Shown: in pieces, positions 20,323-28,242 of the stretch | Numbering within the stretch: the first letter of the stretch is position 1 | Layout of the letters: the number at the start of each line of letters is the position of its first letter | Assembly (NCBI GenBank): GCA_041676005.1 | Contig: JBAYST010000001.1 | Span: 1-41,656 of the forward strand | Direction of reading: 5' to 3' | Source of the DNA: Bacilli bacterium | GTDB lineage: Bacteria > Bacillota_I > Bacilli_A > RFN20 > CAG-826 | DNA length: 41,656 bases | Notes under the pieces: generated by a model | Told to the model about the DNA's origin: nothing | What the model saw: only the letters and a program-made list of their open reading frames with translations | The model's database searches: none | Program-made: the position numbers and the translations under genes

Positions 20323-21255
20323 ATGCAAATAAAGGAAAATCGCTTTGAATTAAAATTGAATGATTTATCAAGTTTATTTGGTCGAGCGTGGACGATTGAA
20401 AAATCTCTCGCTAATGTCATCATCATGGAAGGAATGGAAGAGCATGCAAAGCGGTATGATGAATTTGCACGTTATCTTTGCTCTCGCGGTTGTAACGTCT
20501 ATTGTCTAGACACATTTGGGCAAGGTGAAAATGTTGATCAAGATCTTTCAAATCTTGGAATATGGCCACAATCAGGGTTTAGGAAAATGGTTAAAGCAAC
20601 TGACCAATTAGTTGCTAAACTAAGAGTTTCTTGTCACCCGATTTATATTTTTTCTCATTCGATGGGAGCGTTTATGGCGCAAGATTATATCCAGAGATAT
20701 ACCGAACATGTCAATAAAGTTGTTCTCTGTGGTTCAGGGGCAAAAAATCCCGCTATAGGAGTTGGGTTTCTTCTAGCCAAAATGATTACCACAAAGAAAA
20801 AGCGAAATCAAAAAGCTAAATTGCTCAACTCTTTGATGTTCGGAAACTTTAATCGGCGAATTGATGAACCCCAAACAAAGTTTGATTGGCTTTCATTTAA
20901 CCAAGATAACGTTACTAGATACATTGAAGATCCACTCAGTGGATTTGGGCCTAATAATGGTTTTTGCTATGAGTTCTTAAAAGGAATGAATCGTCTTTAT
21001 AAAAGAAAATTTCTCAAAAAAATTAGAAAAGACCTCGATATTTTCATTATTTCTGGAGAAGATGATCCAGTTACTAATTATGGTCGTGCAACTAAGAAAC
21101 TCACAAATATGTATAATCGCTTAGGATTACACAATATTTCGATGAAAATTTACGAAAATGCGCGTCATGAAATTCATAATGAAAATGATGAAATTCGTCA
21201 AGAAGTTTATAAAGACGTGGCCGATTTCTTTCTCGGTGATGAAAATAAGGATTAG
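20323..21255 (+). CDS. Alpha/beta hydrolase (lysophospholipase / monoacylglycerol-lipase-like)
   Basis: Nucleophile elbow FSHSMGA and a C-terminal ARHEIHNE histidine block. ATG 20323 lies 7 nt after GGAGGA. The alternative ATG 20308 overlaps the galE stop. Confidence 0.75.
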   Translation: MQIKENRFELKLNDLSSLFGRAWTIEKSLANVIIMEGMEEHAKRYDEFARYLCSRGCNVYCLDTFGQGENVDQDLSNLGIWPQSGFRKMVKATDQLVAKLRVSCHPIYIFSHSMGAFMAQDYIQRYTEHVNKVVLCGSGAKNPAIGVGFLLAKMITTKKKRNQKAKLLNSLMFGNFNRRIDEPQTKFDWLSFNQDNVTRYIEDPLSGFGPNNGFCYEFLKGMNRLYKRKFLKKIRKDLDIFIISGEDDPVTNYGRATKKLTNMYNRLGLHNISMKIYENARHEIHNENDEIRQEVYKDVADFFLGDENKD

Positions 21256-21279
21256 GCTCGCATTGTAGTGAGCCTTTTA
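21254..21279 (+). terminator. Weak terminator after the hydrolase gene
   Basis: AGGCTC gcattgtagt GAGCCT then TTT(T)A. Short stem and short T-run. Confidence 0.4.
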
Positions 21280-21324
21280 CCAAACACTTCATCTTCTAAA
21301 TTTGTGCGATATGATTTTTTAAAT

Positions 21325-21402
21325 GCCCTGGTAACTCAGCCTGGATAGAGTATCACCCTCCTAAGGTGGAAGTCGAAAGTTCGAATCTTTCCCAGGGCGC
21401 CA
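21325..21402 (+). tRNA. tRNA-Arg (anticodon CCT)
   Basis: Folds by hand: acceptor GCCCTGG/CCAGGGC, D arm ACTC/GAGT, anticodon arm TCACC-CTCCTAA-GGTGG, T arm GAAAG-TTCGAAT-CTTTC, discriminator G, encoded CCA. Confidence 0.9.
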
Positions 21403-21421
21403 TCAAGGTCACAACAACCGC

Positions 21422-21450
21422 TTGACATCTTGTCTACATATTCTTACAAT
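21422..21450 (+). promoter_or_regulatory. Near-consensus promoter TTGACA-17 nt-TACAAT for tRNA-Ala
   Basis: TTGACA at 21422..21427, 17-nt spacer, TACAAT at 21445..21450, 26 nt before the tRNA 5' end. Confidence 0.7.
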
Positions 21451-21476
21451 CTTAACGTTATCTAAAAATTGTCTTT

Positions 21477-21552
21477 GGGCCTGTAGCTCACCTGGGAGAG
21501 CGCCTCCATGGCATGGAGGAGGTAGAGGGTTCGATCCCCTTCAGGTCCACCA
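21477..21552 (+). tRNA. tRNA-Ala (anticodon GGC)
   Basis: Acceptor GGGCCTG/CAGGTCC with the G3:U70 alanine identity pair. Anticodon arm CCTCC-ATGGCAT-GGAGG, T loop TTCGATC, discriminator A, encoded CCA. Confidence 0.92.
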
Positions 21553-21841
21553 TTATGACATTGAATTAGCATTTTTCGATTTTAAGAAAAGTGCTTTTTT
21601 AGTTGAGAATAGGAAACTATCAACTAGCAAAAAGGAAAACACTTTTTATTGGGGTTTTAAATGCAATAGTCTTTAACAGCCGTCAAGATGTTATTATGCA
21701 AAAAAATTCTGTAATATTCTTCTCTTTCTGAAAAACATTTTTGCTTAAAAAAATCTAATATGACCAAACAAATAATAGTATGCTTTTAACTAGGAAATAC
21801 TGTACTTCCTTACTTAAATAAAGTAGAACCGTTTCGAATAA

Positions 21842-21888
21842 GCTAATGACATCTAGTGCAACAGCACTAGTCGTGTTGTTAGCTTTTT
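21842..21888 (+). terminator. Long imperfect hairpin plus T5 in the leader of the antiporter stub (terminator/attenuator)
   Basis: Inner stem CTAGTGC-aaca-GCACTAG (7 bp) extended by 11 more pairs (GCTAATGACAT with GTGTTGTTAGC, 3 G-U, 2-nt bulge), then TTTTT. The G-U pairs only work on the + strand RNA. Confidence 0.55.
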
Positions 21889-21915
21889 AAATACTCACGC
21901 ATTGGAGGTAAATTT

Positions 21916-22077
21916 GTGTTATTAAGTCTCGCAATCATCTTATTGTCTGGTACAATCATCGGATTTTTATTTGGGAAAATTAAAATCCCCGCTTTACTAG
22001 GAATGTTAGTAATTGGTATTGCTTTAAATTATTTTGAAACCAAAAGATTTGTTTTACGCTTTTTCTTTTTAGCATAA
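21916..22077 (+). pseudogene. Truncated 5' stub of a cation:proton antiporter (CPA-type) gene
   Basis: GGAGG 7 nt upstream of the GTG. MLLSLAIILLSGTIIGFLFGKIKIPALLGMLVIGIAL matches the stereotyped N-terminus of Na+(K+)/H+ antiporters. It then degenerates (NYFETKRFVLRFFFLA*) where it overlaps the 3' end of the convergent gene. 53 codons versus the roughly 400 or more expected. Confidence 0.6.
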
Positions 22078-24179
22078 ATCGTCTCTCCGATTCCCCAAAT
22101 GATGACAGCGCTCACACTGATGAAAAAGAAAGGAAGAGCGATTCGATAACTTTTAGAACCGATGTATTTAAGTTCAACTCGATAAGTACCTTTTTTAGCA
22201 GAAAAACTAACTAGTGCATCAATATTTTGAACTTCTCCGAAGTAAACTAATTCATCTGTGTCTAAGGCGTAACATTTAACCTCATAGCCATCATAATAAA
22301 TTTGCGGAATTTGAACTAGAGCCGTGTCTGAGGTAATGTCCGCGATAAATGTCGCGTCAGGACTATTCATGTTTGTAATTTGAAATGTTCCTTCACCAAG
22401 AAGAAAGGCAGGAGTGAGATAACTCTCTTTATCATATGCAAAATCGTGATTCGTTGTGATCATCGTTCTAATTAGAGGATATAAAGAAGAAGCGTATTCA
22501 CTCGTATATGAAGAATCATAAAAGATGATTGGAACATATTCATTATTCCACCCGACACGCGTTACATTCATTAACGAAGCTTCACTTGGCTCTTTTGACA
22601 TTGAAAATCCATTCAAATTCCAAAGTCTTTTATCCATTGAAGGTAAAGAAACAATATAGAGCAAACAGGCAAAAACAAGCGTGACTTGTTGGACTTTTTT
22701 CCGATGAGCCCAAGGTTTTAAAACGATGAACAATAAGATAATTACACCAAAACCGAAAATTCCAAAAAAGCGGAAAGGAAATTGTGCGTTTAAAAAAATC
22801 TCAGGTACATAATTCCAAATCGTCGCTGTTGTGATAAGTAAAAAGATAATGATTAAAAAGATCAGAAGAATATAGTTCTCGGGACTTTTAAGAGTTTCTT
22901 TAACTTCTCTTTTCCAGGGAGAAATTATAAGCTCCTCTTTTGGTGTTAATTCAAAAGCGATCAGAAGAATATAAAAGAGTGCTGTCCCGATATAAACTTC
23001 TTCACGCCTCGTGATTAAAAGTGGTATTGCGAGTAAAGCCGTCGCGATGATAAATGCCCAAAACTTAAAAGGGCGTTTCTTTTCTCCAAGAAGGAGAATA
23101 AAAACCGCAGATAAAGAACAGCCAATAAAACAAAGGACATCAATTAACCAAGTGGTTGGAGTTTCTCCGCCTGCGTTTCTCCCCATTTCTATCCAATTTG
23201 TGAGCCAAGAACTATAGAAGAATCCAGAAAACTTCAAGCTATAAGGAAGGTAGCTGATTAGATGTGGGACATTAGTCCACATCACAATCGGATCAGAGAT
23301 TCGATAAATTCCACTTCCTGTTGCTTCAAACATTGGGAAAAGATAAAAAGAAACCATTCCTAAGATCAAAATCAAGGAAATAAAGACAGAAATCGCTTTC
23401 TTTTTATTTGTAAAAACTAGTTTCAATCCTTTCCAGGAAAATAAAATGTATGCTCCTGCTAAAACACAACCGACTAGAGCACTAAAAGGATGAGAGAGCA
23501 AAAGCAAAGCGACCGCCAAAATGGTTTGAATGTAAGCCGAGATACGAAATTCTTTGTCGTGAAGGATTTTATAGATGCCTAAAAATAGCAAAGGATAAAA
23601 AGCAAACGCGAATCCTTCATTGAATGCGGCCCGATAAAGGAAATTGAGAATTCGATATGGGAAAAAGCAGTATGCAATAGCACCAACTAAGGCAAATAAC
23701 TTATTATTTGTGATTTCTTTACCGAGATGATACATCCAAATACCCGAAACAAAGACGCTTAAAATTGTAAAGAATTCCAAACTTCGAGATAAAGTCGTCG
23801 AAAAAATGATTTTAAAGAAGACGACTAGATAATGTGGAAAAGGAGCATAAAAAAGATATATATTCGGAGATAAAGAACCAAGCAATATATGAGAAGGTCC
23901 ACTCATCCAATGTCCGGAAGTGATTCGCGCATATAAATCATAAGTGTAATTCAAATGCCAAATAGCATCGTCACCGTTGATATAACCATCAATCCGAAAG
24001 AAGATTACATAAGGAATAATAGAAGCTGCAAGAATGGCTAAATATGGCCAAATCCAAGAAAGGAAAGAAAGAACTTTTTTCGCTTCAAAAATGTTTTTGA
24101 AATGAAAGCCTGTTTTCTTTGTGTTTTCAGATTGGATGTTTTTCTTATTAGCCGATTTCATAAAATTGTAAATTTTCAA
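22029..24179 (-). CDS. YfhO / PTPS-related-type GT-C membrane glycosyltransferase (putative)
   Basis: 716 aa with more than 12 TM. First-loop motif GDDAIWHLNYTYDL. Extracytoplasmic C-domain ending IPQIYYDGYEV...GTYRVELKYIG plus a final TM, as in YfhO-family proteins. The track start is TTG 24179 and the alternative is ATG 24161. No SD. TATAAT lies at 24196..24191. Confidence 0.55.
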   Translation of the reverse strand: MKIYNFMKSANKKNIQSENTKKTGFHFKNIFEAKKVLSFLSWIWPYLAILAASIIPYVIFFRIDGYINGDDAIWHLNYTYDLYARITSGHWMSGPSHILLGSLSPNIYLFYAPFPHYLVVFFKIIFSTTLSRSLEFFTILSVFVSGIWMYHLGKEITNNKLFALVGAIAYCFFPYRILNFLYRAAFNEGFAFAFYPLLFLGIYKILHDKEFRISAYIQTILAVALLLLSHPFSALVGCVLAGAYILFSWKGLKLVFTNKKKAISVFISLILILGMVSFYLFPMFEATGSGIYRISDPIVMWTNVPHLISYLPYSLKFSGFFYSSWLTNWIEMGRNAGGETPTTWLIDVLCFIGCSLSAVFILLLGEKKRPFKFWAFIIATALLAIPLLITRREEVYIGTALFYILLIAFELTPKEELIISPWKREVKETLKSPENYILLIFLIIIFLLITTATIWNYVPEIFLNAQFPFRFFGIFGFGVIILLFIVLKPWAHRKKVQQVTLVFACLLYIVSLPSMDKRLWNLNGFSMSKEPSEASLMNVTRVGWNNEYVPIIFYDSSYTSEYASSLYPLIRTMITTNHDFAYDKESYLTPAFLLGEGTFQITNMNSPDATFIADITSDTALVQIPQIYYDGYEVKCYALDTDELVYFGEVQNIDALVSFSAKKGTYRVELKYIGSKSYRIALPFFFISVSAVIIWGIGETIYAKKKKRKTNLLVSK

Positions 24180-24424
24180 GTCTAATAAATATTATATTAC
24201 TTTTACGAAAGTATCCTTCAGAAAAAGTGAAAAAAAGAGAAAAGATATTTGGCCGGGCTCTTTAAAGTTAATTAGCCACTTCTTGATTTCGTCTCTTTTC
24301 TATTTTATCAGCACTTATTTGTATTTAAATTTTGGCACTTTCTCACAAGCGCGCTCAAATTAAGACATTTATTTTTCAAAAAGTTTGCTTTTTGATTGAT
24401 ATCTGAAGCAGAACAAAAAAAGTT

Positions 24425-24433
24425 TGCTATAAT
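24425..24433 (+). promoter_or_regulatory. Extended -10 TGcTATAAT upstream of the ABC exporter operon
   Basis: agttTGcTATAATgatg, 24 nt before ATG 24458. Confidence 0.5.
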
Positions 24434-24457
24434 GATGAACAGGTCATTTGATAAACT

Positions 24458-26251
24458 ATGAAAAAATACTTCAAAATGATGTGGGAGATGATCGAGGGAC
24501 ACCGGTTCCTTTATTTTTTCTTTTTCTTTTTGCAATTTGTCACTGTCATCTTAATGGTTCTTTCGGCTTTTACGGCAAAAATCTTATCCGATACGATTTC
24601 TGGAGATGTCTTTGTTCCCTTAAAACTAGGAATGATTGGAGGATGGATTGTCAATCTCTATGGCGGACCTGAGTTTTTGACTAATAATATGTGGATGTTT
24701 GCAATCATTTACGTTTCACTTGCGCTAATCGGAGGCCTCTTAAATTTTTTAAGAGTCATCATCCGTTCTTATCTTTCTTCAAATATTGGCAAATCAATGG
24801 AGTTGAAACTTTTTCAACATGTTGAAAGACTTTCATATTCATATTTAAAAAAGTGGAAATCAGGCGATATCATTCAAACATGTACACGTGATGAAAGGGT
24901 ATTGCGAAGATTTGTCGTCATGCAGACAACGATGATTACCTATACCTTTTTTATCGTTACAATTTCCTTCCTTGTCCTCTTATCTTTATCATGGAAACTC
25001 GCACTTGTTTCGATGGTGATGATGCCGGTCTTGTTTATCTATTCTTTTTTCGTTATTAAAGAAGTGCGAAAAAGATATCGTGCGACAGATGATTCTGAAA
25101 GTGATGTCACTTCAAAAATTGAAGAAAATCTCAATGCAGTCAGGATCGTTAAAGCCTATAATAACGAAAAGCACGAAATTGAAGATTTTGAAAAATATCT
25201 TAAAGCTTATCAAGGAAAATATAGGCACTGGCGAAAATTATCTGCTTTCTTTTTCTCTTCGAGTGATATTTTTGTCTTCGGGCAAATTCTCATCACTTTG
25301 CTTTTTGGCGTCTATTTAGCCGTTATCAAGGAAGTCTCTATCGGAACATTTATTTTAGGAACAACATTTTCATCAATGATGGTTTGGCCCTTAAGAGATG
25401 TTGCAACGATTTTAAGTGATGGAGCTAGAGCGATTGTCTCAATCGACCGGATGAATTTAATTTTAGAACAACCTCTTGAAGATATCGACACTGGTGAAAA
25501 ACCTCAGATCAAAGGTGAAATTGAATTCGAGCACGTCTACTTTAAATACGATGACGGAACCGCCAATGTTTTAAACGATATTTCACTTAAGATAAATCCT
25601 GGCGAAACCATTGCGATCATGGGTAAAACCGGAAGTGGAAAAACAACGATCACTCAACTTCTCACTCGCCTATATGAAACAAGCGGTGGAGAGATTAAAA
25701 TCGATGGGATGAATATCAGTTCAATCGCTAAAAAACATCTTCGAGAAAATGTCTCTTGTGTCTTACAAGAACCATTCCTATTTTCGAAGTCAATTATGAA
25801 TAATATTCGAATTTCCGCGCAAAACATCGATGAAAACAAGATTTTTGCAGCTTCTCGGGTTGCTTCGATCGATGAAGACATTCGAAATTTCGCCGATGGA
25901 TACGAGACTGAAGTTGGGGAAAACGGAGTGACTCTTTCAGGAGGACAAAAACAGAGAATTGCTATTGCGCGCTCACTTATTAACGATGCTCCAATTCTCA
26001 TTTTTGATGACTCTTTAAGTGCGGTCGATACTGATACGGATATTAAAATTAGAGATGCTTTAGCAAAACGAAATAAAGAGAAAATGACGACCACAATTAT
26101 CATTACTCACCGTGTTTCTACCGCTTACGAGGCCGATCGAATCATCGTTTTAGAAGAGGGGAAAATCGTTCAAGAAGGAAAACACGATGAGCTCGTAAAA
26201 CAAAGTGGTTTATATAAAAGAATTTATGACATTCAAACGCGAATGGTTTAA
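24458..26251 (+). CDS. ABC exporter half-transporter (TMD-NBD), degenerate-site subunit
   Basis: Walker A GKTGSGKTT, signature LSGGQKQR, Walker B ILIFDD followed by S (catalytic Glu replaced by Asp), H-loop ITHR. Confidence 0.9.
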   Translation: MKKYFKMMWEMIEGHRFLYFFFFFLQFVTVILMVLSAFTAKILSDTISGDVFVPLKLGMIGGWIVNLYGGPEFLTNNMWMFAIIYVSLALIGGLLNFLRVIIRSYLSSNIGKSMELKLFQHVERLSYSYLKKWKSGDIIQTCTRDERVLRRFVVMQTTMITYTFFIVTISFLVLLSLSWKLALVSMVMMPVLFIYSFFVIKEVRKRYRATDDSESDVTSKIEENLNAVRIVKAYNNEKHEIEDFEKYLKAYQGKYRHWRKLSAFFFSSSDIFVFGQILITLLFGVYLAVIKEVSIGTFILGTTFSSMMVWPLRDVATILSDGARAIVSIDRMNLILEQPLEDIDTGEKPQIKGEIEFEHVYFKYDDGTANVLNDISLKINPGETIAIMGKTGSGKTTITQLLTRLYETSGGEIKIDGMNISSIAKKHLRENVSCVLQEPFLFSKSIMNNIRISAQNIDENKIFAASRVASIDEDIRNFADGYETEVGENGVTLSGGQKQRIAIARSLINDAPILIFDDSLSAVDTDTDIKIRDALAKRNKEKMTTTIIITHRVSTAYEADRIIVLEEGKIVQEGKHDELVKQSGLYKRIYDIQTRMV

Positions 26252-26265
26252 GGAAAGGGGGAACG

Positions 26266-28197
26266 ATGGCGACATTTTCATTTAAAGAAGAAGCAATCCC
26301 AAAGAAATTGAATTTTTCTGTTTGGTTTAAGATGCTTAAATATGTCAAAAATCGCTGGTATCTCCTCCTCATTTTAATTTTGACAATGCTTGTCACGGCC
26401 TTTTATGATTCTTCGTTTACACCACTTATGAATGCATCTTTAATCAAGGCTATTTCTTTAGCAAGCAGCACTGACATCAGTGATTTAATCATTCCTGTTA
26501 AATTAATTTTCGGAATTGAATTTCAGGTCAATTTCTTATGGTATTCTCTGATTTTCATCTTTGGCGTCATTTTGCGTTCAGGGATGATATTCGTCACCTT
26601 TTATACGACTAACCTGTTAGATATGTATGTGATGACTGCGCTAAGAAGAGATAGTTTTAAAAAAGTTCAGGAATTATCATTTTCTTACTTTGATCGCACA
26701 CCAAGTGGTTGGCTTATCGCTAGAATGCAAAACGACTGCAGTGACATTGGGGAAATGATTTCCTGGGGTTTGATCAGAATTGTTTGGACGTTTGCTGATT
26801 TAATTCTCACTGTCATTTCAATGTTCACTCTTTCAGTAGAACTCTCCCTTGTGATTTTGATGTTAGCGCCGATCTTGATCATCTTTGTTCCGATCATTCA
26901 AAAACAGATTTTAAAATTACATCGGATTGCTCGTAATGCTTATTCTAACTTTGTTAGATGGCTTGCAGAAATGATCAATGGGGCAAAGACAATCAAAACT
27001 CTATCAATCGAAGATAGTGTTTATGAAGAAGCCGTTGAAGTTTCTAGTGATATTCAAAAGAAACGTTTCAGAGCGAGTTTTCCTAACGCTATTTTAATCC
27101 CAATAATTTCAATTACATCCGCGATTACAAGTGGTTTAATCGTCGTTTTCGGAACATATGTTTTTAATTTACAAATCGACGCAACCTCAATATATTTATT
27201 CACTGCATTCATTTCTTTTGTCTCTTCAATCTATCACCCAATTCAAGATTTTTCGGAAACTTTCTCAGACTTCATGGCGACGCAGGCAAGTGTCGAAAAA
27301 GTTCTGCTTTTAATTAACGCTAAGCCCGAGATTGTCGATAGCCAAAAAGTGATTGAAAAATATGGAGATTTATTCAATAACAAAAAAGAAAATTTTGAAC
27401 CGATTAAAGGCAAAATTGAATTCAAAAATATCTCCTTTAGTTATATTGCTCCTAACGAGGTCATACATGGAATTAATTTAAAAATCAAAAAGGGAGAAAA
27501 AATCGCGATTGTCGGAGAGACCGGAAGTGGAAAGACGACAATGGTCAATCTGTTGTGTCGATTTTATGAACCGACAAACGGCGAATTATTAATCGATGAT
27601 GTTGAATATCGGACTCGAAGTGTCGGATGGCTAAGAAGTAATATCGGTTACGTTCAACAAGATCCTTTTGTCTTTAATGGAACATATAAAGATAATATTC
27701 GTTATGGCAAGCTCGATGCGAGCGATGAAGAGATTATCAAAGCTGCTAAAATTGTTGGGATTCACGAATTCATCAAAGGACAAATAAACGGTTATGAAAC
27801 GCTATTAGAAGACGGCGGAAATCAATTGTCAGTTGGGCAAAAACAATTGCTTTCTTTTGCGCGAGCTATCATCCGTGATCCCGCGATTATGATTTTAGAT
27901 GAAGCGACCTCTTCAATTGACACTGAAACCGAAGCGGCAATTCAATCTACGGTCAATAAAATTTTAAAAGACCGAACTTCTATCATCATCGCTCATCGTC
28001 TTTCGACAATTGTCGATGCGGATCGAATCATTTTGATGAGCAATGGAAAAATCGTCGAGGAAGGTTCACATAAACAACTAATTGAAAAAAACGGGATGTA
28101 TCACCATCTTTATATGAATCAATTCAAAGAGCTCGATATCGATAGTCAAATCTCTCAATACGAAACTCAGATCGAAGGCAAAAACATTAAAATTTAA
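26266..28197 (+). CDS. ABC exporter half-transporter (TMD-NBD), consensus-site subunit
   Basis: Walker A GETGSGKTT, Walker B IMILDEATS (canonical Glu), non-canonical signature LSVGQKQ, H-loop IAHR. SD AGGGGGAA. Confidence 0.9.
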   Translation: MATFSFKEEAIPKKLNFSVWFKMLKYVKNRWYLLLILILTMLVTAFYDSSFTPLMNASLIKAISLASSTDISDLIIPVKLIFGIEFQVNFLWYSLIFIFGVILRSGMIFVTFYTTNLLDMYVMTALRRDSFKKVQELSFSYFDRTPSGWLIARMQNDCSDIGEMISWGLIRIVWTFADLILTVISMFTLSVELSLVILMLAPILIIFVPIIQKQILKLHRIARNAYSNFVRWLAEMINGAKTIKTLSIEDSVYEEAVEVSSDIQKKRFRASFPNAILIPIISITSAITSGLIVVFGTYVFNLQIDATSIYLFTAFISFVSSIYHPIQDFSETFSDFMATQASVEKVLLLINAKPEIVDSQKVIEKYGDLFNNKKENFEPIKGKIEFKNISFSYIAPNEVIHGINLKIKKGEKIAIVGETGSGKTTMVNLLCRFYEPTNGELLIDDVEYRTRSVGWLRSNIGYVQQDPFVFNGTYKDNIRYGKLDASDEEIIKAAKIVGIHEFIKGQINGYETLLEDGGNQLSVGQKQLLSFARAIIRDPAIMILDEATSSIDTETEAAIQSTVNKILKDRTSIIIAHRLSTIVDADRIILMSNGKIVEEGSHKQLIEKNGMYHHLYMNQFKELDIDSQISQYETQIEGKNIKI

Positions 28198-28203
28198 AAG
28201 AAA

Positions 28204-28235
28204 AACTCTAGATTTACAAGGTCTAGAGTTTTTTT
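28204..28235. terminator. Bidirectional terminator
   Basis: AACTCTAGA tttacaagg TCTAGAGTT then TTTTT, with an A-run on the other side. It lies between the convergent ABC and reductase genes. Confidence 0.8.
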
Positions 28236-28242
28236 GCTGTTT

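Noticed and set aside
21422-21676. 84-aa ORF
   Set aside because: It spans the tRNA-Ala promoter and the tRNA-Ala gene itself, so it is an artefact.
21553-21915. c-di-AMP (ydaO) riboswitch, or an integrase-bearing island attached to tRNA-Ala
   Set aside because: The leader lacks the G-rich ACGGGG/CCCA-type conserved blocks of ydaO. No integrase, excisionase or obvious direct repeat of the tRNA 3' end was seen. Only the weaker 'orphan leader' and 'scar' claims are kept.
24308-24535. 75-aa reverse-strand ORF in the YfhO/ABC intergenic region; 9-codon uORF (24432..24461) overlapping the ABC start
   Set aside because: The reverse ORF has no SD and overlaps the ABC start and promoter. The uORF ATG overlaps the -10 box, so it would not be transcribed from that promoter.
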